From positions 123,858 to 187,857 of the IMG/VR virus record IMGVR_UViG_3300029288_000075: a stretch of 64,000 bases of DNA. The stretch is one strand, 5' to 3'. Numbering within the stretch: the stretch's first letter is position 1; each line of letters starts with the position of its first letter. Source of the stretch: a virus. Its lineage: Duplodnaviria > Caudoviricetes. The notes below the pieces were generated by a model. The model ran no database searches, was not told where the DNA came from, and saw only the letters and a list, made by a program, of their open reading frames with translations. Below, piece after piece: positions 52,300 to 61,139 of this stretch. Made by a program: the position numbers and the translations under genes.

Positions 52300-52410
52300 T
52301 TTCCCTACTCTCTTTCTCTCTCTCTCTACTGATCACTTTTACTTTCCTGAAGGAGACCCCCACCCCCTGTACACCCCCCGGGGGGTAGGCTTCCGAAAAG
52401 TAAAAGTGTC
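52300..52410. repeat. Intergenic CT tract, 12-bp inverted repeat and 14-bp palindrome
   Basis: CACTTTTACTTT 52334-52345 / AAAGTAAAAGTG 52397-52408; ACCCCCCGGGGGGT 52373-52386. Confidence 0.75.
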
Positions 52411-52532
52411 GAAGACCGCGAAAACGAGAAAAGGCTAGATAGGGGTCCTACTAAGCCCATTTGTGGCATGGTTTTCTGGCACCACCGTTTGAGCCACCAT
52501 TTTGGCAACTGGAATCTCTCCGCAGGAGGTCC

Positions 52533-52757
52533 ATGGCTATCTGCGAATTCTGCAAACAGGAAATGACGGCAGGGGTAGCCTGCACATTCGACTTCCCACC
52601 TGGCGAATGCACGCCTAGGATCCCGCATCCCGCGGATGCAAAGGAACGATGTCACGACTGCTTTGTCCCGCCCGGTGGGCTACATCATCCTGGCTGTGAC
52701 AGCGAGGAGTGTTCGGAATGCCACGGACAGGCGGCAGCCTGCGGCGGTTGCGCCTAA
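52533..52757 (+). CDS. Cys/His-rich zinc-binding phage protein
   Basis: AGGAGGT SD; CEFC..RCHDC..LHHPGCDSEECSEC. Confidence 0.7.
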   Translation: MAICEFCKQEMTAGVACTFDFPPGECTPRIPHPADAKERCHDCFVPPGGLHHPGCDSEECSECHGQAAACGGCA

Positions 52758-52796
52758 GCCGCACTTTGGATGTATCTACCGGCAGTATCGGTAGGC

Positions 52797-52822
52797 AAAT
52801 GCCCTGCAAAGAGGGGCATAAG
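52797..52822 (+). promoter_or_regulatory. Phage promoter AAA-N15-GGCATAAG
   Basis: 15 nt upstream of ATG 52838; heads the ATPase/nucleotide operon. Confidence 0.75.
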
Positions 52823-52837
52823 GAGAAGGAGGCAGAC

Positions 52838-53502
52838 ATGCCACGACAATCGAGCATGGTCCCAATCAGGCTTGTGGTTGCTCCCATCGAGGAGTGGCCG
52901 AAGGAGTTACATGGAAGCGTCGTTAGTATTGAGTCCAGGCGAGCGAAGACTCGCAATACTGAAAAGCTCGGTGCAACTGCTCGAGCACGTGACAAAGGCA
53001 GGACGCCTGCTGTGCTCCGTGGTTCAAGAAAGCATGGCACTTCGGCAACTGGGTGATGGCCGCACTCCGGTGTACTTGCTGCAGGTGGATCAGGTCTGGG
53101 AGGACTTGAACCCTCGGGGTAAGGGTCGTCGTATCCGTCTACTGGAGCTCGATGAAGACACAGTGGTGGCTGAGAACGTGAAGACGAGCGCGCAGTCCAC
53201 GATTCGTCGAGACAGCTTTGTCGGCAAGCGTCCTCGCTTCAAGCTGGTGTCTGATGGATCCTGATGTAGCCTTGGAAGAGTTGCGAGTGGCGATGCAGCG
53301 GGTGAAGGAGGTGTTTGCCAATTACGAGAACAGCTCCGTCGACCCGCTGGTGGGTGCTGCCAAGGACCTTCTCGATCGCTCCGAGAACCTGGATGAGTGG
53401 ATGACCAAGGGAGGCTTCCTCCCTTCTGCCTGGAACAAGAATCGAGGTACAGGAAATGACGAACCAACTGACCGTGGCGCCCAAGCTGAGTCTCCCGCTT
53501 GA
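52838..53502 (+). other. Three small hypothetical CDSs (52838-53056, 53034-53264, 53254-53502)
   Basis: Overlapping tiled ORFs. Confidence 0.55.
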
Positions 53503-55198
53503 GGCGGTCACCAGCACTTTTGGACTCTTGGCCGTTCGTGGGGCCGGCAAGACCAACGCCGCTCGCGTGCTGGCAGAGGAGATGTTCGCCGCGGGGCTGC
53601 CCTTCGTTGCCATAGACCCAGTGGGGTCCTGGTACGGGTTGCGCGCGGGGCGCGACGGCACTTCGAAGGGCGGCTTGCCGGTGTTCATCTTCGGGGGTGA
53701 GCACGGGGATGTGCCGCTCACCCGTGGGTCTGGAGAGCTCGTGGCGGACGTGGTCATCGAGCGGCGCCTGGCCTGCGTGGTGGACCTCTCCAGGTTTGAC
53801 TCCGAGGCCGACCGGAAGTACTTCCTCCTGGCCTTTGCCCGTCGGCTGTACCAGAAGAACAAGGATCCCCTGCACCTCTTCCTGGAGGAGGCGGATGACT
53901 ACATCCCCCAGAAGCCCATGCGGGACGAAGCTCAGCTGCTTCGCGCGTGGGAGAACATCGTGCGCCGCGGTCGCTCGCGGGGGATTGGGATGACGCTCAT
54001 CACCCAGCGGAGCGCGGTGGTGAACAAGAACGTGCTCACGCAGGTGGAGACCTTGTTCGTGCTCCGGACGACGGGGCCACAGGATTTGGCAGCAATTGAA
54101 GCCTGGACGAAATACCATGCCGATTTCGGCAAGGATGCGCTGGGATCCCTGGCCGGGTTGGAGGATGGCGAGGCCTGGGTCTGGTCTCCTCACTTTCTAC
54201 GGAGGGTGTCGAAGTTCCGGTTCCGCCGGAGCAACACCTTCGACTCCGGCGCGACTCCGGCGAATCTACGAGGTAAGGCAAAGCGCCGGGTGGCCACGTT
54301 GGCGGAGGTGGATGTAGCGAAGCTGCGGGACCAAATAGGCGAGACTCTCGAGCAGGCGCGTCAGAATGATCCAGTGGCGCTGAAGTCTCGCATCAAGGAG
54401 CTCGAGCGCGAGCTCTCCAAGAGCAAGCAGGAGGTGACCACGGTGTCTTTGGCTTCGGCCGATCTGCGCAGTCTTGGGTCCTATCTCGACACGCTGCAGA
54501 AAGCGGCAGAAAGCACGGAAACCTCCGTAAATCGCCTGGCTGGTATCCTGGGTGTGCAGGCTCCACCGCAGCAGGTAGCAACCTCCCTGGCTTCCCGCGG
54601 CGGTGGGGTGTCGACGCTGATCCCCAAGAAGTCCGCGCGGGCTCAGGCGAACCTACCCACGACGAAGACGGAGGGCACCAGGGGGCTCAAGGCGTGCGCT
54701 CGAGCAATCTTGGCCGTGCTGGCGCAGCGACAGGGGCAGGTTTCGACGGCGCAGCAGCTGTCCATCCTGTCTGGATACTCGGTGAGGAGTAGTGGATTCT
54801 CGGACAGCCTGTCGGTGCTTCGTACCAACGGGTTCATGGAAGGTACACGTGCTGGCTTTTCCATCACCGCCGCGGGCTTGAAGGCGGCGGGACCAGTAGC
54901 TCCGTTGCCCTCGGGTAGGGGGTTGCTGGAGTACTGGCAGGGTCTGGTCAAGAAGTGTGCTCGAACGATCTTGTCGGTGCTGTACGACGCCATGTACTTG
55001 AACAAGCAAGGCAACCATCCTACGGAATGGGTGTCGAGAGAGTACATCGCAGACCAGTCAGGCTACTCAATTACGAGTAGCGGATTCTCGGATAGCTTGA
55101 GCACCTTGCGTACGCTTCAGCTCGTTGAGGAAAGAACTTCCATCAGTGGAAAGGAGATGCGACTTAGTGAGGTCTTCTTTGAGTCAACGGATACGTGA
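53456..55198 (+). CDS. HerA/FtsK-superfamily (DUF87/DUF853-type) ATPase with coiled coil and two C-terminal wHTH-like repeats
   Basis: Walker A AVRGAGKT, IDPVG, Walker B LFLEEAD, RGRSRGIG, ITQR; SGYS..SSGFSDSLS.LRT twice. Confidence 0.85.
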   Translation: MTNQLTVAPKLSLPLEAVTSTFGLLAVRGAGKTNAARVLAEEMFAAGLPFVAIDPVGSWYGLRAGRDGTSKGGLPVFIFGGEHGDVPLTRGSGELVADVVIERRLACVVDLSRFDSEADRKYFLLAFARRLYQKNKDPLHLFLEEADDYIPQKPMRDEAQLLRAWENIVRRGRSRGIGMTLITQRSAVVNKNVLTQVETLFVLRTTGPQDLAAIEAWTKYHADFGKDALGSLAGLEDGEAWVWSPHFLRRVSKFRFRRSNTFDSGATPANLRGKAKRRVATLAEVDVAKLRDQIGETLEQARQNDPVALKSRIKELERELSKSKQEVTTVSLASADLRSLGSYLDTLQKAAESTETSVNRLAGILGVQAPPQQVATSLASRGGGVSTLIPKKSARAQANLPTTKTEGTRGLKACARAILAVLAQRQGQVSTAQQLSILSGYSVRSSGFSDSLSVLRTNGFMEGTRAGFSITAAGLKAAGPVAPLPSGRGLLEYWQGLVKKCARTILSVLYDAMYLNKQGNHPTEWVSREYIADQSGYSITSSGFSDSLSTLRTLQLVEERTSISGKEMRLSEVFFESTDT

Positions 55199-55221
55199 TG
55201 TCGGCACACCAGGTAGGATAG

Positions 55222-55842
55222 GTGGCAACTTCAATGAGAGAGACGTTTCGTCGCAACCGGCTTCGGATACTGTTTGACGTAGATGGCGTGATTGCAGACT
55301 GCGCTCAGCTGTATACGAACGCCATAATTGCTACGGGCGTCAGGAGTATCCCTCCTACGTGGAGGCCTACGCAGTGGGATATTCCTGGCGAGTTGAAGTT
55401 GAGCAAGAAAGAGGAAGACGAGGTCTACCAGCTGCTTACTCGTGCGGGTATGGCGCAAACGTTGTGTCCACTCCCCGACGCTGTTGAGTCCGTTTTGAGG
55501 ATTGCGAAGAAGGTGGACGTGTACTTCGTGACAACGCCCATGGTCAATGCCCCAACGTGGCCTTACGACAGGGAGCTTTGGTTGAAGAGGTACTTTGGCG
55601 ACGAGTTGGGTACGAAAGTCGTACATACGGCGCACAAGTACCTGATATCAGCCATACACCTTGTGGACGACAAAGCCGACAACTGCCGTAAGTGGGAAGA
55701 GGAGAATCCAGGGCGTGCTGCACTCTGTTGGCGTCTACCTGGCATGCAAGTGGAGAAAGACCTGATCTGCCTATCGGATTGGGCTCGAGTTGAGTCGTTC
55801 GTGGATGTTGCGGTATCTACTTGGCGACATATGGTCGAGTAA
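55222..55842 (+). CDS. HAD-family 5'(3')-deoxyribonucleotidase
   Basis: LFDVDGVIAD, YFVTTP, WLKRYF, HK..LVDDK. Confidence 0.85.
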   Translation: MATSMRETFRRNRLRILFDVDGVIADCAQLYTNAIIATGVRSIPPTWRPTQWDIPGELKLSKKEEDEVYQLLTRAGMAQTLCPLPDAVESVLRIAKKVDVYFVTTPMVNAPTWPYDRELWLKRYFGDELGTKVVHTAHKYLISAIHLVDDKADNCRKWEEENPGRAALCWRLPGMQVEKDLICLSDWARVESFVDVAVSTWRHMVE

Positions 55843-55887
55843 GGGGTGCCCGAGAGGGCGCCCCTTCGGGCTAGCTACGGAGGATGT

Positions 55888-56509
55888 ATGGAAAAAGCAT
55901 GGGCAATTGCGCTGGTGATTCAGCACTGGCTATGGGTGGCTTTGAAGTATCTCCTGGGAACGGGCTTTGTGGTTTGTCTGCTCGCTGTGTTTGTGGGCAT
56001 TCTTGTCGGCAATTACTTCAATGCCAAGGAGAAAAGGAAGAGCGCAGGTAGGTAGTAGCATGGCTAGAGCGCCGTTGTTGGCAAGTTGTCCTCGCTTGAA
56101 GCAACTGCTGCGAGGAGATAGAGGAGCAAACTCGGAGTTCAACAACCTCATGGACGCTATGAAGCGTAGTGGCCAGGACGAGGAAGTTGAGCGCCTAGAG
56201 ACAACGTTGTCCGAGGTGCGAGGGCGGCTGCAGACGGCGCTGAGTGACTTGCAGCATGCCGAGGAGGCCTGCAAACGATTCGAAGCTTGTGTCATTTCCT
56301 GCGGGGAAGTGATGGAAAGTCAAGTTTCGTTAGCCCCCTACAGTCAAGACGTGGCAACCAAGCGTAGGTACAACATCAAGTTCACGGCCACGCAGATGCG
56401 TAAGGCGCTTCGACTTTACTGGGAAGTTCTGGCCCTGGGAGTTGAGCGCAATGTGGTACGCGTGGCGAAGGTAGAAGATCCGGCAGCGGAAAGGTCAGGA
56501 GAGGAGTAG
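55888..56509 (+). other. Small membrane protein (55888-56055) and coiled-coil hypothetical protein (56060-56509)
   Basis: Hydrophobic helix; heptad pattern. Confidence 0.55.
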
Positions 56510-56514
56510 CAACG

Positions 56515-57066
56515 ATGCAGTCATTACGTGTTATTCAGGACGAGATAGGCGCGTGGGCTTTGTGCAACTTTGGAGAGCAGCAGCCTTACCGCCCATTTCT
56601 TGGTGTGGGTGAAGAGCTAGGCGAGCTACGAGAAGCCCAGATGCTGCGCAATCATGAGAAGGCGAAGGACGCCATAGGCGACATCGCGATCTATCTCATG
56701 CACTACTGCGTACTGCGCCAGTGGAGCTTCGAGGAGGTGTGGGAAGGACGTGCGGCGGCGGAGACCTTTGCTTCAGATTACCTGGTTGTCCTGGGCAGTC
56801 TGTGCCATCACCAGCTGAAGAGCGAACAGGGTATTCGTGGTGGGCAGGAGTCTCATGCGTACGCGTCGAAGTACGTGATGGGGCAATTGCTTAGCATGCT
56901 CGAGGAAGAGTCGCCTCTACATGGTGGCGAGTTCTTGGCAATCTTGCAGAAGACCTGGGATCAGGTGAAGCAGCGGGATTGGCGGAAGAACCCGGACAAC
57001 GCCGACAAGGTAGTAGAGGAAGGCAGCCCAGGCACGCTTCGCCCGGAGGATCAGCAGGATGCCTGA
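56515..57066 (+). CDS. MazG-like nucleotide pyrophosphohydrolase
   Basis: EELGELREA..KDAIGDIAIYL; TWDQVKQRDW. Confidence 0.75.
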   Translation: MQSLRVIQDEIGAWALCNFGEQQPYRPFLGVGEELGELREAQMLRNHEKAKDAIGDIAIYLMHYCVLRQWSFEEVWEGRAAAETFASDYLVVLGSLCHHQLKSEQGIRGGQESHAYASKYVMGQLLSMLEEESPLHGGEFLAILQKTWDQVKQRDWRKNPDNADKVVEEGSPGTLRPEDQQDA

Positions 57067-57727
57067 GGGTGGTGTGCTGACGGGTCCTGAGATTCAGCGG
57101 TGTATTCGAGAAGGCCGCATTAGCGTGACGCCGTTCGATGAGAAGTACATCAACCCAGGGTCATTGGACTTGACGCTTGGCGATACGGTAGCTCTGTATC
57201 GCGATACGGCTGTAGTGAGTGCAGGCGGCTTTGACCTACCGTTCAGAACGGGCACAATGGATCTTACTGAAGAGGCGTTGCGCGCAACCACTAGACAGGG
57301 GGGAAAGAATCTCACCCCGTACTACGCAGAGATGGACAGTAAGAAGCAGCATGACGTATGGAAGTTTGACATCGACCCAAAGATAGGCTGGTTGCTTCGA
57401 CCAGGTATCGGCTATTTGATGCACACGGCAGAGCGCGTCTGCACCAAGGAGTTCGTACCTGTGATAGATGGGAAGTCCTCGATAGGGCGGCTCTTCGTCA
57501 TGGTGCACGTGACCGCGGGCTATGGAGATACTGGGTTCGACGGGCAGTACACGCTCGAGGTGTTGACCACGTACCCAGTCCGGGTGTACCCGGGTATGCG
57601 TTTCTGCCAGATGCGCTTTCATACCTCTGTCGGTGACAGGCTGAACTATCGTGCGTACGGTAACTACGTGGACGACGCTTCCATGGGGCCCGTGCCGTCG
57701 AAGTCGTGGAAGCAGTTCGGTACGTAG
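57059..57727 (+). CDS. dcd: dCTP deaminase
   Basis: INPGSLDLTLG, DGKSSIGRL, TAGYGDTGFDGQYTLE, YPGMRFCQM. Confidence 0.92.
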   Translation: MPEGGVLTGPEIQRCIREGRISVTPFDEKYINPGSLDLTLGDTVALYRDTAVVSAGGFDLPFRTGTMDLTEEALRATTRQGGKNLTPYYAEMDSKKQHDVWKFDIDPKIGWLLRPGIGYLMHTAERVCTKEFVPVIDGKSSIGRLFVMVHVTAGYGDTGFDGQYTLEVLTTYPVRVYPGMRFCQMRFHTSVGDRLNYRAYGNYVDDASMGPVPSKSWKQFGT

Positions 57728-57742
57728 TGCTAAGCTTGTGCG

Positions 57743-58093
57743 ATGCCTTCGGTTGATTCTCCGTCACAGCAGTACAACAAGGATGCTGGCACGCTCGACC
57801 AGAATGAAGAGCTGCGTCGAGTCATTGGCACCTCGTTTGCTGCTGTGGTGGGGCGTCAGTACAGCGAGAGCATGCACTCAGTCACCTACGAGGAACTGGC
57901 AAGTGCGCAGATTGAGAGGATCACCGGCCAAGGTACTGACGTACGACCAAACGAGCTCGAGCGGGTCAACAAGGTGGAGGGGGACTTGCTGAGCATAGTT
58001 GAGAAGATACGTGACATGGCACCGGAGAGCTTCATCATGAGCGATCCGGACAGGGACGTAAACACTCCGGCTTCGCCAGCAGATGAGGTATGA
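57743..58093 (+). CDS. Hypothetical protein, probably leaderless
   Basis: TGCTAAGCT extended -10 ends 6 nt before ATG; no SD. Confidence 0.65.
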   Translation: MPSVDSPSQQYNKDAGTLDQNEELRRVIGTSFAAVVGRQYSESMHSVTYEELASAQIERITGQGTDVRPNELERVNKVEGDLLSIVEKIRDMAPESFIMSDPDRDVNTPASPADEV

Positions 58094-58170
58094 TGGCTTC
58101 GGTACCTAAGTGCTGGTGTGCTGTATCCCCCTCTTGCCGGTGCTTGGGTACCGCTAGCTATCGGTGAGCC

Positions 58171-59268
58171 ATGGAGAAATGGCTTGTCGTTGGTGCAGGT
58201 CTTACCGGCGCTACGTTAGCGGAGCGCATTGCCACGGTGCGCGGGGAGGAAGTTCGGGTCCTCGAGAGCAGGTCGTACGTTGGTGGTGCGGCAGCAGACT
58301 ACATTACTCAAGAGGGTCTGCTGGTTCAGCGGTTTGGGCCGCATGTCTTCCATACGAACTCTCATAAGGTGTGGGACTACATCAGGAAGTTCTCAGACTG
58401 GAGGTCTTTTCGGTACCAGGTAGCTGCCTCAGTGCATGGAGCTCTGGTGCCCCTGCCTGTGGGGTTCAAGGGAATAGACCAGCTGTTTCCAGACAAAGCG
58501 GCTGCCGTGAAAGTGGCACTGGTCGACCGTTATGAAGTTGGGGAGCGCGTGCCCATACACAAGCTTTTGAAGGAACCAGACGCGCTACTGCGCGAGGTAG
58601 CTTGTGTCATCTACGACAGCGTGTTTCACGGCTACACGCTGAAGCACTGGGGAGTAGCGCCAGACGCGCTTGACCCCTCGGTGATGGTGCGGGTGCCCAT
58701 CATCATTGGAGACCAGGATAGCTATACGGGGGATGTGGTGCAGGCGGTTCCGGCTGCTGGCTACACGGCTATGGTGGAGAGGATGCTGGACCATCCACGT
58801 ATCAAGGTGGAGTTGCAGCATAAGTTCGAGCCAGGGTATTCAAGCGTCGGTTACAACGTGATCTACAGCGGAGCCATCGATGAGTACTTTGAGTATGCCT
58901 ATGGAATGTTGCCGTACAGGAGCGTGCGGTTTGACCTGCAGGTGATGGACAGCCTTCGGGTGTTGCCCGTGGCTACGGTCACCTATCCGAATAGCATGCC
59001 GTACACGCGTGCCACGGATATGAAGCAGCTCACGCAGCAGGAGCACGACAAGTCCGCCGTGGTGTACGAGTACCCAGGACCTTGCCGTAAGGGCATGGAT
59101 CCCCTGTATCCTGTGCCCACAGCGCAGGGGAAGAGCCTGTATGCTGACTACGCTCGTCGGGCGGCGGGAACTACAACTACATTTTGTGGCCGTCTGGGAG
59201 CCTATCGATACTACAACATGGATCAGGCTGTTGCTGCAGCGCTTTGGCTGTTTGGAGGACTGCGATGA
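58171..59268 (+). CDS. glf: UDP-galactopyranose mutase
   Basis: VVGAGLTGATLA, GPHVFHT, YTLKHWG, LPYRSVRF, PLYPVP, GRLGAYRYYNMDQAV. Confidence 0.95.
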   Translation: MEKWLVVGAGLTGATLAERIATVRGEEVRVLESRSYVGGAAADYITQEGLLVQRFGPHVFHTNSHKVWDYIRKFSDWRSFRYQVAASVHGALVPLPVGFKGIDQLFPDKAAAVKVALVDRYEVGERVPIHKLLKEPDALLREVACVIYDSVFHGYTLKHWGVAPDALDPSVMVRVPIIIGDQDSYTGDVVQAVPAAGYTAMVERMLDHPRIKVELQHKFEPGYSSVGYNVIYSGAIDEYFEYAYGMLPYRSVRFDLQVMDSLRVLPVATVTYPNSMPYTRATDMKQLTQQEHDKSAVVYEYPGPCRKGMDPLYPVPTAQGKSLYADYARRAAGTTTTFCGRLGAYRYYNMDQAVAAALWLFGGLR

Positions 59269-59954
59269 GAAGGAACCTTGTAGTGGTGCGTGCGGGAGAG
59301 GAGTCCATGCACCCCGAGTGGGATGACGGTACACCCCGCAACTTCGATCTTCTGGTGTCCTACTACACGGGCATGGACTTCTTTGAGGATGAGTCAGAAT
59401 ACCAGCATGTGCTTGCTGGTCCACCGTGGCGAGGAAATGCCGCAGTTTGTCGAGAGTTCAGTAAGGAGCTCGCTGGCTACGAGTACGTAGCGTTTGCTGA
59501 CGACGACATCATGGCTCCGTACGCGACGTTGAGTTTGCTGTTCGAAGTGTGCCGCGACTACGCACTAGATTTGGCAACACCGGCAGTCAGTTTGCATGTG
59601 CCAGCAGACCTGCCCCTAAGTGAGGGGACATTGCTGCGGTACATGGATCGTAGTGACCTCATTTGCCCAGTCTTCAGTCAGCGTGCGCTGGAGCGACTCA
59701 TGAGCACTTTTTCAGAAAGCGAGTCGGGGTGGGGGCTGCCGCAGTTGTGGTCCCACCTTTGCCCTCATCCAGCCTACGTTACAGCAGTGGTTGATGCAGC
59801 CAATATCAAGCACCTGCGACCGTTCAACGGGGATCGTGCTCTTTCGGGTGGGGTGCGCCCCATGCAGGAGCAGCAGAGGATTTACCACAAGTACGGGTTG
59901 ATTCCCTCTGTTCGTAGGTTCTTTGGTAGTCTCCCTCTTCCCGCCCCCGGCTAG
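59265..59954 (+). CDS. DUF707-like putative glycosyltransferase
   Basis: ATGA-coupled to glf; FDLLVSYY, YEYVAFADDDI, LDLATPA, CPVFS, SGWGL, VVDA..IKHLRP. Confidence 0.7.
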   Translation: MRRNLVVVRAGEESMHPEWDDGTPRNFDLLVSYYTGMDFFEDESEYQHVLAGPPWRGNAAVCREFSKELAGYEYVAFADDDIMAPYATLSLLFEVCRDYALDLATPAVSLHVPADLPLSEGTLLRYMDRSDLICPVFSQRALERLMSTFSESESGWGLPQLWSHLCPHPAYVTAVVDAANIKHLRPFNGDRALSGGVRPMQEQQRIYHKYGLIPSVRRFFGSLPLPAPG

Positions 59955-59973
59955 GCTCGTGCATAATGGGGGC

Positions 59974-60420
59974 ATGGCCGTAGCAGACACACCCGCCGAA
60001 CAAGAAGAGAAAGAAGCTGCCAGCACGCGAGACGTGCATGTTTGTGCCTGTCATGCAGACCAGGAACTACTTGGTAGGCAGCTGGCGGACCACCCAGATC
60101 CCCACGTTCGAATCATCGCGCACATGTCGAACCGACAGCTGGCGATGGCAGAGCAGATAGCAGATTTGACACGAGGCATTTTTCGCACTGCGGGTGGAGT
60201 TGCTAGGGTAGAGGAGAAGCTTGGAGATGTGCGAGGCGATCTGCGAGCGGTGGGAGCAAGTATCGATGGGCTCGCAACTGCAGTTTCTGAGCTAACGGTG
60301 GCCATCAAGGACTTGAGTGGCGAGCAGATCAGCTTTCGTGAAAGACTCGAGAAGGTGGAATTGAGAGTAGGGGCGGCAGAAGCAGTGCCGGCACAAGGAT
60401 CCTCCGGACAGGCTGTCTGA
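59974..60420 (+). CDS. Coiled-coil hypothetical protein, probably leaderless
   Basis: CATAAT ends 6 nt before ATG 59974. Confidence 0.6.
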   Translation: MAVADTPAEQEEKEAASTRDVHVCACHADQELLGRQLADHPDPHVRIIAHMSNRQLAMAEQIADLTRGIFRTAGGVARVEEKLGDVRGDLRAVGASIDGLATAVSELTVAIKDLSGEQISFRERLEKVELRVGAAEAVPAQGSSGQAV

Positions 60421-60497
60421 CCAGACGGTTTGGCGGATTGAAGTTCCTCGTGCTACTGAAAGTGCTTACGGCGTGACCGTAAGCACGTGGAGGAGCT

Positions 60498-61139
60498 TTG
60501 CGTACGAAGACAGCGGTTCTTTGTGTGGTTTGGACGGCAAGAGTGCTGGGCGCGGAGTGCCCGTCAGGAATGGTGCGGGTCAACGACACGGTTTGTATTG
60601 ACCGCTATGAATGGGTCGGGTTCAACAGTTCGGCGTGGGCACGTCCGCTACTGGCTTTGAGTGGATTGCCAGAACCCTGGGTAGGGGATAGTCCAGCCAC
60701 GGATGTAGACAGCGCATGCAGTATGCGAGGTGCACGCGTCTGCACGCTGAAAGAGTGGAGAAAGGCTTGCCTGGGTGACGGAGAGTCAGAGTACCCATAT
60801 GGTACTAAGTACGATGCCACTGCATGTAATACGAGTAAGCTGTGGCGGGCGTTTGATGAAAAGAAGGTGTGGAAGCGCGACGAGGTAGAGTTGCAGCGCC
60901 TAAATCAGAGTGCGCCCGTCGGTTCGTACCCTAGGTGCGTGAGTGCTGTAGGTGCCTACGATATGCTTGGGAACGCGGAGGAGTGGGTGAGGTGCGATCA
61001 TGGACGGTATGGCTGGTGTCTTGTAGGTGGATTTTGGGCCAAGCCCAGAACTTGCAGTGAGGCCATAGTCGTGCATTCGCCGTATTGGCACTTCTACGAG
61101 ACGGGCGTTCGCTGTTGTAAGGATGTGGAGACGACATGA
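60498..61139 (+). CDS. Secreted FGE-sulfatase (SUMF1/C-lectin fold) domain protein
   Basis: Signal-like N-terminus; CPSGMV, CIDRYE, EWRKAC, YPYG, YDMLGNAEEW, GGFW, GVRCC. Confidence 0.85.
   Translation: MRTKTAVLCVVWTARVLGAECPSGMVRVNDTVCIDRYEWVGFNSSAWARPLLALSGLPEPWVGDSPATDVDSACSMRGARVCTLKEWRKACLGDGESEYPYGTKYDATACNTSKLWRAFDEKKVWKRDEVELQRLNQSAPVGSYPRCVSAVGAYDMLGNAEEWVRCDHGRYGWCLVGGFWAKPRTCSEAIVVHSPYWHFYETGVRCCKDVETT

Noticed and set aside
53090-54193. 367-aa minus strand ORF and similar long antisense ORFs (2586-3335, 7276-7944, 23233-23802)
   Set aside because: Shadow frames opposite well-supported genes in GC-rich DNA; no motifs or RBS
60498-61139. Diversity-generating retroelement targeting the FGE/C-lectin gene
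   Set aside because: No reverse transcriptase and no second copy (template repeat) of the 3' end within the window
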